A stretch of DNA of 63,219 bases, counting the filler, from Basidioascus undulatus (Eukaryota), in assembly GCA_000826855.1 (NCBI GenBank). It is 7 parts of 7 records of this genome, joined end to end, with 100 filler letters (N's around TTAATTAATTAA, not from the genome) between each part and the next. Parts side by side here need not be neighbours in the genome. Positions count along the whole stretch, not along the records: positions 12,225 to 18,227 come from JTLS01001826.1; positions 18,328 to 24,319 come from JTLS01001827.1; 5 more parts are not named here. One strand, given 5' to 3'. The notes beneath the pieces were generated by a model. That model searched no databases and had not been told where the DNA came from. It saw nothing but the letters and a program-made list of their open reading frames with translations. Made by a program: the position numbers and the translations under genes. This document shows positions 12,225 through 24,419 of this stretch, piece by piece; the stretch's first letter is position 1, and every line of letters begins with the position of its first letter.

Positions 12225-13210
12225 AGTTCTGCGATACCCAACCGCCTCGGCCTCGCAAAGTCCGAATGTGCGCTGCTTGCCACTCGTCGACCCTCACAAT
12301 ATAGACTATCTCTCAACTGGGCCCGACAGCAGAGCAGTAAACTTTCGGAACGCGGGATAGCTCTCTGTGGTTCAGCTTGGAAGTCCGTCGAGCTTCTCCA
12401 TCGGCGCGATACCCGACCCTGCCGACGCCGAGGCGACCAGTGACAATTGATGCGCGTGAAGGATACGATGAAAGAAGTCTCATGCACCAGAGCATGCAAA
12501 AACTGCTCGGTTCAGTAGGGCGGGGAAGTTCATTCACAGGTTTAACTTCATGTCTTTATCTGAATACAGACAACTCGAGGAGTTGATGTTATCAGACGAG
12601 AAGGCAGCTTGGAGCAGACGCGCATGAGGCGAGGAAGAGAAGCAAAACAATTAGACAAAGACATTCTGCTTCTCGCCCTGTGACTTGCTCTACTTTTTAT
12701 TTTAAAAATCTTCATTCTTTGAATTTGGTGAGCCCGATGTGTGACATGATGCTTGGGTTAGGAATGCATGAAGCCCCCTATGGAGATACTAAACCCCCTG
12801 AATGACAGACAAGTTTCATCTGTGAATACCCTCCGGCTCAGAACAAGAGGGCGGAGGCCGTGAAACGTTCGGTCAGAACACGATTCTTCCAGCAACAAAC
12901 CGATCATACGGCAAAGCCGACCCCGAAAGACAGGGCCGACCGTAGGAAACAGGAATGAAGAGATTCATCTCGCGGAAGTCCGGGGACGAAAAGAGGCGTA
13001 AGCATAGAGAGAGCGACAAAGGGAGTACCAACAAAAAAAAAGTGGTCGACAACCTTGTTTATGGCGTTGTTGTGCGTTCCCTTTCAGGCCGTCATGCTTT
13101 GCGGACATCTGGCGCACGGACAAATGCATGTAACGGGTAGAAACGCCCTCGTTCTCCTCTCTGGATCTTCCCGGCGTCCTTCCCCAACCCGTCTTTCCCG
13201 TTTTGCCACG

Positions 13211-13540
13211 ATGATGACCGCCTACAAAGGTCACCGGTACAACGAACTGAGACAGCTCGGCGAAGGCGGTTTCGGTCAAGTTTACCACATCGACCGTGTT
13301 TCAGACGCCAAGGTACGGGTCGGCAGGCTTGAGGAAGGCTGAAAAAGATAAGAACTGCTATCTAACTGCAAGTGCACGACGACTATACATACACGCCCTG
13401 ATTATGCTGCAGTGGTGTGGCATAGCATTGAAGCTAACAGAAACGCAGTCCACCCATCGCAGCGCAGAACTTTCTACACTCACTGATACAGCCCTAAAAA
13501 AGTATGGGCGTTGTCACTCCGAGGATGTCCAGGACCAAGG
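13211..13540 (+). pseudogene. Protein kinase N-lobe fragment
   Basis: Exon 13211-13312 encodes MMTAYKGHRYNELRQLGEGGFGQVYHIDRVSDAK (GxGxxG loop), followed by a GTACGG donor. IALK and AEL follow downstream. No HRD or DFG motifs found. Confidence 0.55.
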
Positions 13541-16500
13541 TAAGCGCATCGAGCAGTCACGTAGCGTGCACGGTACGCCATGCTTCCACCACCAAACAGT
13601 GCCTGTCGGGCGGAGGGATGAAAGAACCTGGGGCAGTAGTAGAGCGACTCACGACGGACTGTAGTGATGGTTCACATCAACCAGGCTTCTCTTCGCCTTG
13701 GTCAGCATAAAATGTCTCAATCGTTCGGCCGTCCCAGCCAGGCGAGGTCCGAGAGGTCGAGACGGGTTGCATCGAGCGAGCTTGAGCGGGACGTCTCTGG
13801 CTTTGTCCTTCCTGCCCTCAACTTTGCTCGAGCGTCCTCCGCAGCCTGCAACGCCTCACGCACTCGCTTCAGACGGTCCGCCGCCTCAGCGCCCAGCTCA
13901 GGCCTGTCCGGGTCGGCGTGCCAGTAAGCTTGCGAGGCGCGGCCAAGGCTCGACAGCGCTTGCGGAAGCCGAACCAGAGCTGCGGGCACACTTGGGCAAA
14001 TCTTGCTGACCTCGGCATCGGTCGAGAGCAACGGCGAAGGTCCTTGGATTCTGCACCACCACAGGCTCGTACACGTCCGTGACGATGAAGCCGACGCTTT
14101 TGACAGTGCAGATCGCTGGCTGCTCTTGTCCGTCCCGCAGACCGACGACGATGCGCGAGTACGCTTGCTGGTCGCGCTTGCTGGTAACCTTGGCAGCTCT
14201 CCGCGTAGTCGAGACCCCCATACAACGGGCTCATGCGGGCCCACGTCAGCCATCGTCTTCTGTATGACGCAACAATGAATCGGAGATTGCGTGAAGAAGC
14301 CCAATTCATTGCATCCGCCGGCGTAAACGCTGAAATGCCGAAGCGCGTGTGTGCAGGTACATCGCGTCAAGCACACCCTCCCAGGTATTAAACTGCTCTG
14401 GTCCGCGCTCGAAGATAGGCGCGGCCGGGTGGCCTTGCCTTGGCAGTACGCGGGATGTCTCAGCGAAGACCGGTTGACGGGCTTCACGGGAGCTTCATGC
14501 TGACTGCGTCAGCATTAAAGGTAGGCTCAAAACATGATCAAGACCACGCACCCTCGACATCCAGGAACCTCATGAGCATATCTCCCTTCAGCCCAGCGGA
14601 CCACGAGCGTCAGGTTCGCTGTGACCGAAATAACGACCCGCCTGCGTTCCATCAACTTAACTATGCAATATCCCATCCCAGCCTTCCGGAAACGACTTCG
14701 AGAGCAGTTATCCAAGCCTTTAACGGTAGAGCTCGCTCTCGCCATCGAAATGGTGCAAATGGTGCGTTCAGCAATCCGACCCATCGCTCCTGGAAGGGTG
14801 AACCGACAAGTGAGGAGCATAAAACGTTCTTAGCACCGTACGACTGTCGATTCCAGTCCAGGTTCTCGCCTCTCAATTCGGCGCGCATACTGGCCTTCAT
14901 GACATTGGCGGCAGTCAGCGAGCACGGCTGGCAATTGAATGGGAACTGAGCGGGCCACGGCTCTGATGGAAGCACTATTGCGTGCCCGCACGACCTTTGC
15001 ACTCACTTTTTCTTTATCTTTTCTCTTGCTCAGTGTAATCCAAAATCACTACGAACGCACGGCGGACTGTTGTCGCCAGATGTGGGCGGCAGGCCAGAGC
15101 GTCACCCCAAAGGGAAGAGGTGAAGGCAGAATCAAGGGAGAGTCTCTTCATGCCCAGCCAGTCAAATACAGACCAAGAAGGTTCAACCCGACCCATTTTC
15201 TGCAGTTCCTCGACCGGCAGCTCGATCGTGTTATGATAGGATCCTCAGCCTTTTGACGGCTACTATGCGTGACGCAACATCTCCGAGGAGCCTCGCTTAT
15301 GGTCTCACGGTACGACCCGCGGCCGCACAGGCTCCAGCAACTGTTGGGCTATCTTGAAGGCTTCAGCGCTGGAGGCGTGCCTCGAGCACACAATTTCATT
15401 ACCAAACGGCTAGCGCGAAGCAGCGTTGAGATTTCGCGCGCTTTCCTTTCGCCCTCCTTGTCCCGCCCGCTGTCTATAACTCAACAGCGGCTCGCAGCTA
15501 TGATCGACTTTCATGTCTGACGCAGTCTGCACAAATTTGGCATTCCACACTTGTTTACCACGACTGCACTCGTTCAGATGGACGTTAAGTAGGAAGCAGA
15601 AGTGCGTGCGCAAGAATATGGCAACAAGCCTGACTCGATCGAGGTCAGTCAGAATGATAGTCAGGCCTGGACCGTCCAGAGGCCGTGGGTTTCGGTGCGT
15701 AACCAGCACCTTGACGATGCTGAGACACACCATCAAGCGATGTGCAGACCGGAAAGGATCACCGAGACCACATTGCGATTCGTATTGCCAGGGTTGGCAA
15801 CGTCGAAAGCTCTCATACTCCAGTCTGTAGGGGTGCCAAAAATTGGCTTGCCTCATGAGCCTCCAATGGTTGGGGGAGGTGCATGGAGGACGGACGGGTA
15901 TGCGGAGGGAGGTTGAGCGACTGAGGGTTGGCAGGAAAGAGAGATGAGGAAGGGAGACAGGACCTTTGGAGGTCTCTTCATGCTTGATGCAAGCCAGCGT
16001 GTAGTTCGAGGTGGCCATATTGTTGTCCCCACTAGTGCCTTAAGCAGGCCTGACAGGACCCTTCACTTTGACTCCATCCTGAGCTGAGAGCACAGGAGCG
16101 AGCGCATGAATAAACAATACCAGTCGCTTGCAATGGGGGGACTTGCTGATGCAGGTATCTGAATCGCGGAACAGCGCAAGACGCTCCCAGGCTAAGCACT
16201 ATGTGACTGGCTTTTCATTTCTTCATTCAATCCTAGAGTTCACCTTCTATCCTCGCCTGCTTAGTGAGAGGCTCACGCGTGCTATCGAGTTGTTAACGAG
16301 ACCAGGCAAAGGGGTGCATGGAAGCCAGCCTTGCATGTGAACTCTACATCTGAACCCCTACTCGCGCTCTTTCTTTCGCAGTGTCTTCAAGGGTTCCAGA
16401 AGAGCGGTGCTCAAAGAGGAAGATGATCTTGCGAAGGGAATGGGTGTCCTTACAATGTGTTGAACGTCATCGAGGTAGCTTTCAGTCAGCATATCCTCCA

Positions 16501-17299
16501 AGGATTGAGCTTTGTATCAACGCAAATAGAAAGGTGATTAAGAGAGTGCGTTTCCGTACCTTCGGACTGTGAAAGGAGCTGAATCTGTGCAATGCAAACT
16601 TTGCAATAAATCCCTGCAAGCAGGACTGAGGGGGATTGTGTATGTCCACAGTAATAGGGGACGACTGACAGGAGTCAATGAAACTGCAAGCTGCATGTTG
16701 CGATGTCCGTGTGTAGGAGTGGCTCTCCTGTGCTCAGCTTCGTTGGCTATGATAGCGTCATCATGTGCTACTTGAACCCAATTCTCCACCAGTTTGTCTA
16801 TGTGCTCATAGAGGAGTTGCAAGCGACATTTGAGGACAACAGAGCCTTCAGCAACCAGTTCAAAACTCCCGGCTGGCGGGACTAAAGCTCCACCACGTGG
16901 GTGAGGTTGGAGATAGGGCCTGGTCCATACCACTTCGCTTCGGCTTCCATCGTGTCGATACCTAATGGGTGGGAGTGAGAGCCAATTGAATGCGTGCGCC
17001 ATGGTAGTGGTAATAAGTCAATATGAAGACAGCATGTCGGAAACGGTCATAGGTCGTAAGACATAGAGGTTGGCCTTTTCGCGTCGGTGCCACGACGGGG
17101 TTTTAACCGCCAGCCCTGAGCAAATGGTCCATAGCGCAGGGTTTGTGCGGCACCGCGTCCGGCGCACGACAGTCTAGGCCACCACGCCAGATGGAAGCGT
17201 CCCGCAGCGTGCTGCATAAGACGAGCCTTTCAACAACGTTGCTGTGACGCTTCCCGCACCCGGGTGGGTGTGGGCAGAACCCCGTTGCCTGGGGCGTGT

Positions 17300-18065
17300 A
17301 GGGGCCACCGGACGGTCTTCGCCGTGTAATGCGCGACTGCGGTGATGGCGTTGGGGTGGGAGAGGATGGAGTGAGAGCGGAAGGGGATACGAAGCCTTTT
17401 CACCTTTCGACGCAGCTCCGCACGTGCCTCCCTGAATCTGGCGCACGAAGGGAGAAAGTAGTAAATGGACTCGGGGGCCTGGCATATCACCCAATTGAGG
17501 GATTGGACATGATTTAAAGCGGTGAAGGTATTTTTTGTTAAAGGCGATATGCCTCGTGCGAAGCTGGAAATGAGAGACGCACGAGCGCGCAAGAGGGAGG
17601 CCAGAGCTTTGAGCGTCTTCTCCCCGACAAAAGTTTGCGGGGTGTGGTCATTGAACGAAAGCTTCGACGGTTGCAGGATCTTCAGCAGCGATGTGATCAG
17701 TGCGGATTTGTTTGTGGGCTGCGTGAGCGTGAGTACCCTTCCTCCCTCATTCGCGGCCGCCTTCTTCGTAGCCTCATCCGGCTGTCCATTCCGGTCTACA
17801 TCGTATACACGTGACAGTTAGTCGTAGTGCGGGGCGCTCTTTGAGCAAACGCTGAGTCGCCCGGTGAATCCAGATCTGTAGCTGTTGCCCGGGTGACCCG
17901 GAGGGTCTGCGCCGGAGCGCTGTTCTTCCATTATCAAGGTGGATAAACGCCTGTGCGATCTCAAGGTGGGATCGGAGGCGGGTAGTGAGTATGTCGAGGC
18001 CAAGGGATATGCCGACTAGCTCGCCTTCGTAGACTGCGTGATTGTCAACGTCGCCGATGTGAGCG
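17300..18065 (-). mobile_element. Degenerate non-LTR retrotransposon (Tad1-like LINE) ORF2 3' end: RNase H plus CCHC-type tail
   Basis: Manual translation across frameshifts gives AHIGDVDNHAVYEGELVGISLGL, FIHLDN..ALRR..SPGQQL and RNGQPDEATKKAA (RNase H). It continues RARASLI.QLRTRHIAFNK.YLHRF and ICQAPESIYYFLPSCARFREARAELRRK...YTAKTVRW. Confidence 0.8.
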
Positions 18066-18227
18066 AGGGAGGACCGTGATCGGGTGGTGTGGGTGAATTA
18101 AATATTAGGAAACGCTGTCAGAAAGTAGCGAGGGTGATCCATTCCCACCGATCACAACATCAGCGTCCAGTGTTCTCCGTTCCGCGGGACAAGCGGCGGG
18201 AAAAATCCATTCCGGGAGCTGATCAAG

Positions 18228-18327
18228 NNNNNNNNNNNNNNNNNNNNNNNNNNNNNNNNNNNNNNNNNNNNTTAATTAATTAANNNNNNNNNNNNNNNNN
18301 NNNNNNNNNNNNNNNNNNNNNNNNNNN
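18228..18327. other. Artificial contig spacer
   Basis: N-TTAATTAATTAA-N, 100 nt. Confidence 0.98.
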
Positions 18328-18906
18328 CATTCTCCGCACCTCATCCCCCCCCCGCGCCCGCCATTCCCTACTACCCGCTCCGTTTCCCTCTCACATACCA
18401 CCCTCCCACGCGGGACATCCGCGCGCCCAAATCGCACACAGTCCAGTGTCTCGTCTTCCTGCCTTGGGACCGCACCTCGAAACCGCACCGCCTGCAGCGA
18501 GGCCGCCTCCCGGCGCACCTCGTCATCCTCAGCAACGACCGTCCTCTCAGCGTCCCGCCCCTCTCTTAGCTCTACCGATCCCTCTGTGCCCTCCACACTT
18601 TCCAGCGCGCCACCTTCACCGCCGCACTCAGCCCACCACCACATTCGGACCATCTCGCTCGACCTACCGCCGCGGGGCGGCAAGCGACCGTTCGCCCGCA
18701 CGGGCTCGACCGAGTTCGGCTCGCCCCTGCCCACCGTTCCCCGCACCTCGACGGTACCCCCCACCCCGGCCGTTGGGCGCGAGCTCCAGGACCGCATGCG
18801 CGGTATGGAAGAGCGGCATCGGGCCCTCGAACGCGCTCTGGATGAGACCCAGGACAAGTACAAGCGCCTTCTGACGCTGGCGACGCTGGCTGCGCAATCA
18901 CCATAG
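18328..18906 (+). CDS. C-terminal fragment of an unknown S/P-rich protein ending in a coiled coil
   Basis: Frame ends RELQDRMRGMEERHRALERALDETQDKYKRLLTLATLAAQSP*, with coding-like composition. Confidence 0.55.
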   Translation, partial: HSPHLIPPPRPPFPTTRSVSLSHTTLPRGTSARPNRTQSSVSSSCLGTAPRNRTACSEAASRRTSSSSATTVLSASRPSLSSTDPSVPSTLSSAPPSPPHSAHHHIRTISLDLPPRGGKRPFARTGSTEFGSPLPTVPRTSTVPPTPAVGRELQDRMRGMEERHRALERALDETQDKYKRLLTLATLAAQSP

Positions 18907-19109
18907 TGCTTTGGCGGCCCGGCCCTTCCATTCTTGCATAGGATCGTCATTATTCCACATTGCATCGAATCCGTAGTATTGCAAGCACACGACGCAAACG
19001 CGGACTTTGTCGGACAATCGCGATTGCGCGAAAGAGCCAGCAAGTCAAGTACAACAACATCGATGAATCACGAGGATTGTCCCCCGCCCGCCATGCGCTG
19101 CCGCCTTGT

Positions 19110-21762
19110 CTACCCGCCTCCAGCCCTGCTCTTCTTCGCGGGCGACGGCGTCTTGCTCGTCGAAGGCAAGTCGCGCTTAATCTCGCTCGACCATTTCTGG
19201 AATGCCAGGAGCAAGCAAAGCGTGATTAGTTGTGTTTGAGAACGTAAACGCAAGTCGAAAGACGCACGAAGAAGTTGCAGCGGTATGTCGGGTCGACGTC
19301 TTCACGCTTGCGCTTGCCTGCTCCCGCATCATAGCCCGGCCCGACAGGTCTGGAATCGAGGAAAGAGAAGGAGGAGGGTAGAAGCCGTTCAGTATATCGA
19401 TCGGACTGAGGCGGGAACCTCCGTGGTGCGTACCGAGAGCAAAGCCAGAAGCGCTTGCCCCTGTTCGGGCCGGGCTTGTTGACGGTGAACTCCTTGCACC
19501 TGCGCCCGCGTCCAGCAACGTTAGAATCAGCCAATTTGGAAACCCACCGCAGAACCAGCGAACACGCACGTCTCGCCATGCACCTCGCACTTGGGCGCGA
19601 CCTTGGGTGCCAAGATCGCCGCCCACGCGGACTTGGTCTCCTCCTTGTTCTTGACCGGCGCCGCCTCGGCGAGCGAGAGCGCGAAGAGCGCGTCTGCGTC
19701 CTCCCCGTCCTGCTCCTGCTCTGGCGGGCGCGGGCGCTTCTTCGAGGATGAAGAGGAGGAGCTGGATGGGGAGGGCGCGGGCGCGGCTGGCTTCGGCTTC
19801 GCCGGCGGGGCGAAAAAGGACGCGAGGGTGGCTTGTTGTTGTTTCGATTTGGCTGAGGTGGTGGCGGCGGTGGAGGAGGAGGTAGACTTGCGGAGGGGCT
19901 TGGTGGTTTGTTGAGAGGAAGAGGTTGATGTCGAGGCGATGGCTTTGCCTTTTTCCTTGCCTGCGGGCGGGGACGACGCCGAGAGGAGGGGCGCGGAGGA
20001 GGAAGGAGCTGGAAGGGGGGCGGAGGACGACGAGACGCTCGGAGACGGCGCGGATGCGGAGGGCGACTCGGAGGTAGACGCTGCGATCGACGGAGCGGGG
20101 CTCAGGCTACGGCTGACCTTGGGCGGCGTAGGGCCCGCGCTCGCCGCCGGGCCCTTCCCAAAGAAGCTGCTGAGCAGGCGCTGCTTGCCCGAGAATTCGT
20201 CCCACTGACCCGCGCAGATGCGGGGCGGGTCCGGGGCGTGGCTGAGCGCGTTGCGCAGGTGGAGCGTCTCGCCCGGCCGCGTCGGGTGCGGAATCGAGTC
20301 GTGCAGGTCGATGTAGACCGGGCAGTGATCTGAGCCGAGGACGTCGGGCTGGATGTCGGCGGAGGCAAGCCAGGGGAGGAGGGCAGGGGAGATGAGGATG
20401 TAGTCGATCCGCGTGCCGTAGTTGCCTGGCCTGTGGGTGACCAATGGACAGCATTGTCAGTTCGCATGTGACATATGAAGGGGAGGTAGAAGGAACGAGT
20501 CGCACCGAGCGTCGATAAGAGTGTTCCAGCCTTTAGAACAAGATCGGTCAGCGCGGCGTGCGTGGTTGAGTGCAGGTGAGCGGGACTCACAGGTGTACAT
20601 CCCCTTCCTATCAGGAAACTGTCTCCTATGGACATCGACGAGCGGGCCGCCCTCGCCCGTGAGCGCGTCGAACCACCTCCTCGTCGGCTTTTCCCTGAAC
20701 GCCCTCCGGCCCTCCTCGGTCTTGGTCATCTCCCACCCGTCGCAGTGGTCGATCGGGCGATGCGCGATGTTGATATCGCCGACGAGGATGACCTCCCTCC
20801 CCGCGTCGCGGAGCGCCCGTACGCGCGCAGCGAGGAGATAGTGGAAGCTCATCTTGAACGGCGTGCGCGCCTCGTCCGTCTCGGCGGGGCAGTACACGTT
20901 AATGAGCACGAAGAGGCCGCAGTCGAGGACGAGCGCGCGGCCCTCGCTATCGAGGAGCTCGAGGTCCGTAAACGCCGGGTCGACGACCTCGTACATGTCC
21001 GAGGAGAGCAGGAGCGGCTGCACGCGCTCCGAGCTCGAGTCGAGCGCCGGGCGCAGCTTCGGCTGCGAGGAGCGCGAGGGGAAGAGCCCCGTCAGGCCCT
21101 CTTCCGCCCGCGTCGGCGACAGGACGGAGCGCTTCGTGTGCACGCTCACGCCGCTGTAGGCTTTGGAGCCGCTGCAGAAGGACCAGAACGAGTCGTAGGA
21201 GGGCGGGACGGCCATGTCGCGCGTCACCTTCGACCGCTGGATCTTGGTTTCTGGACAGCATCTCCAGAGGGTGTCAGCATTGGGTGTGGCTGAAGGACGG
21301 AGACCTATGGCGTGCCTTGGAAACAGACGATGTCCGCCTTCAGCTCATCGAGCATCGCCTCGGTCGTTTTGAGGGTGAACCATCTGCATTGCGGAAGGGC
21401 GTGGGACGACGTCAGTGGCCAGGCGCGAACAAGTCGCTCAACTGTACACTCCCAAATCCCCGTGTAAAGCTCGCATTTCCGACATTTATATGGGTGCAGA
21501 CCGCATTGTAACACTTTCACTCTGCACTGTCCTCCTCGAGAGCACCACGGTCTTCAATGCCACCGAGCCGCTCCATCCGACTGCATACCGGAAGATTGGC
21601 TGTACGGAAGCCACGGCAATTGAACCACCACGCACGGATGATACCCAAATACCGTCCTGATGCCATTCTGTGCCCAATCCCAACGGAGGTCAGCGCTCCT
21701 CATCCACCGAGCGTGCGGCGAAGGACCAAGGGACGCACAATGTTCCAGGTGAGGATCCTCAT
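19110..21762 (-). CDS. APN2: AP endonuclease 2 (ExoIII/EEP domain plus C-terminal zf-GRF)
   Basis: Spliced: MRILTWNI/NGIRT, DIVCFQETKI, YSGV, DSEGR, INVYCP, VGDINIAH..IDH, MYTC/WNT..DAR, NYGTRIDYIL, GSDHCPV, ATLASFF (PIP-like), PKCEVHGE..KPGPNRGKRFWLCSRPVGPG..RCNFF. Last exon is KWSSEIKR...GGG*. Confidence 0.95.
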
Positions 21763-22156
21763 CGCCGATCTCAGCTTCGCTTCTGCACCAGGATTTGTAC
21801 GCAGATCATGAACTTTTGAAAATCTGAGACCTGTATGGGGCTGAGAATGCGTGAATTTGGACGAGGGCACGATATCAAGGGCAACGCGTCGCGGACGCGA
21901 CGACTGAGTGCTGGTTTCCGTCTCGCTTCCGCGGAATACCCGGCGAGGTGTTCGGAAGAAGACGTGGAGCACGCTTGGCCTTCTTTTTTTTTTCTGCACT
22001 CCACACTCTTGTCCCAGACGACAGCAGCTCACCAGAGATTGTCGGAATTCCAACTCATACGCTTCGAATCTCACTCTCCATTGCACGCCGCTTCGAGGCT
22101 TTCGTTCCTGTTCAAGTCCACCTCGTCGTTCGATCGTCTTCTGCTTTTCGCATCTC

Positions 22157-23902
22157 ATGCGGGACCACTACCGGGTTCTGGGCGTGGAGCCAACAGCGAC
22201 CTTCGTTGAAATAAAAGTACTTCAACACTTTTCATACGTGCTTCACCTTCTGACCCAGCCGTCCGAACCGCCACAGACGGCTTTCCGCCGCAAGGCGCTC
22301 TTCACGCATCCGGACAAGAACCCAGACCGCGAAGCCGCGGGGCACGAGTTTGCGCAGTGCAAGGAGGCTTTTGACGTCCTCGGGGACAACTATCTCAGGG
22401 CGCAGTACGACTTTGAGCGGAAATGGGCGGGCGTATTTGGAGGCGGCGAGGATGAGGATGAGCAGGCTCAAGGTATGTGCCGCATTGCAACCTGCCGGTT
22501 GCGAGAAGAACTTGCACTGAATAGTGGTTACATAGATGAGCAAGCAGACGACGTTGAAGAGGACTCCGACTCGGAAGGAGATGACGACCTTTTGGACGGG
22601 GATTACCCACCACGAACGGCGCCTGCCAACTCGGTCGAGACCGAAGACGTCCTCCTTTACGTGCACCTGATACGCTCTCACGTATTGCCATATACGAATG
22701 CACCACATGTGTGTATTCCCCTCATTTCCACCTCTTGCCCCGTCGTTTCTCATATGTTTCTCTAGGGATTCTTCACCGTCCTCCGCAACTTCTTCGGCCG
22801 CATTTGCCTCTGCGAGCCTAACACACCGCAGCATCCCTCACTCCCGGAATTCGGTACTCCCGCCTCATCCGAGGAGGAAACCGAGCGGTTCTATGCCGCC
22901 TGGGGCAAGTTCACGACTGCGCGGGAGTTCCGTGGGGCGGAGGAGCTGGATGCTTCGCGGGCGGGCAGCAGGAAGGAGAAGATGTGCGTGTGGAGCCGCA
23001 GAGGCTCGAGGCTCGAGATGCTGATAGCTGGCGGTGGGTGGGTAGCGCGATTGGAAAGGCGAACACCCAGGCGCGTAAGGAAGCGAAGAAGGCGTACGAG
23101 AATATCCTGCGGGTGAGTATGGCGCTCCTCTGCAACGATCTCTACTCTGGTAACCGCTGATCACTATCGGCGCTGCCTACAGGAACTCGTCTCGCTGGTA
23201 CAAGCGCGCGACCCGCGCGTTTCCCCTCAACCGTTCGCATCCACATCCTCCTCCGCACAGCCCGAACCCTCAGCGTCCGCGTCCACCTCCGCGTCCACCT
23301 CCGGCGGGCCCCGCCCCGACCACCTTTCCGGCGCGCGGCCTCGGCGTCCTCGACCCAAGCGCGCGCGCCCGCGCCCCGCGAGCAGCTCGCATCCTCCCTC
23401 GACCGTCCAGCAAAAGCTCCGCACCTTCCTGACCTTCCTCCATCTCATCTCTCCCCTGCTCATCCCGCTCCTCCTCATTCTCCTCTCCCTCTACTGGCTC
23501 TACCGCTCCCCGCGCACCTCTCCCCTGCCCTTCACCTTCCTCTACGCCCTCTACACGCTCGGAACATCGCCTCTCGCATCATCCACGCCCTTCTACCCGT
23601 TCTTCATTGCGCTCGAGTACACGCTCTACCCGTCGTACTGGGCCGCGCCGGCTTTCCTCGCCGCCGCGTGGTTCCTCGGGGGGATCGAGCTCGAGTGGAG
23701 CGTGTGGGGCCCTGTGTGGGTGTGGTTGACCATGGGCTGGGTCGGGTGGGTCGCGCCTGCGCTTGTGCTCGCTGCGTGGGCGGCCAGGGGACGCAAGATC
23801 GGGGAGTGGATGCTGGATGCTGGAACGCTGAGCGGGGCTGGGCTGCTGGCTTGGGAGGTGATCAAGCATGTGTGGAGAGCTGGGAGGTGGTTGTGGGGTT
23901 AA
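22157..23902 (+). CDS. DnaJ protein of JJJ1/DNAJC21 type with a hydrophobic multi-TM C-terminus
   Basis: J-domain MRDHYRVLGV..AFRRKALFTHPDKNP..EAFDVL. Zuotin-homology-like region GFFTVLRNFF..LPEFG..FYAAWGKFTTAREF..ARKEAKKAYENILRELVSLVQARDPRV. The last exon, 23183-23902, is one open frame. Confidence 0.82.
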
Positions 23903-24319
23903 GAAAGCATACAAGTGCATATCGCCACATGGGCGTTCAGACAATCAGTCCCAGACTTGACGGTGTGTACGGCGAAACGGTATGCTACATCACGCCGACA
24001 AATCTCCTTTCACATTCACCGATTTGACAATCTTGCAGACCTCCTTGTGCCGTACCCAATCCGCCCTTTGACAGTCCGACCTGTCGCCGTACGTCAGCGA
24101 ACATGCTTTAGCTGCTCTCCTCTAATATCCTCTCATCGTGAGACAATATGGTGGTTATCCTCTCTTCTCCTCCCCCGCAACTTCTGCTTTGCGAAGCCCT
24201 GCTTTATGCGGCATTCTTCTTGCCGACTGCGGCGTACCAGTGTAGTGAGCATCGTAAGACAATGGAAAGGGTCTGCTGGACTGACAGGCTTGCAAGTGCC
24301 CGTGTCAGTCAAGTATCGT

Positions 24320-24419
24320 NNNNNNNNNNNNNNNNNNNNNNNNNNNNNNNNNNNNNNNNNNNNTTAATTAATTAANNNNNNNNNNNNNNNNNNNNNNNNN
24401 NNNNNNNNNNNNNNNNNNN
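24320..24419. other. Artificial contig spacer
   Basis: N-TTAATTAATTAA-N, 100 nt. Confidence 0.98.

Noticed and set aside
13717..14260. Possible J-domain (YWHADPDRPE..A..RLKRVREA)
   Set aside because: No true HPD motif or helix I/II signature; left unassigned.
14620..17000. Possible F-box-like remnant (KPLTVELALAI) and CpG-poor TE-like stretch
   Set aside because: Only weak motif resemblance; no diagnostic domain could be reconstructed.
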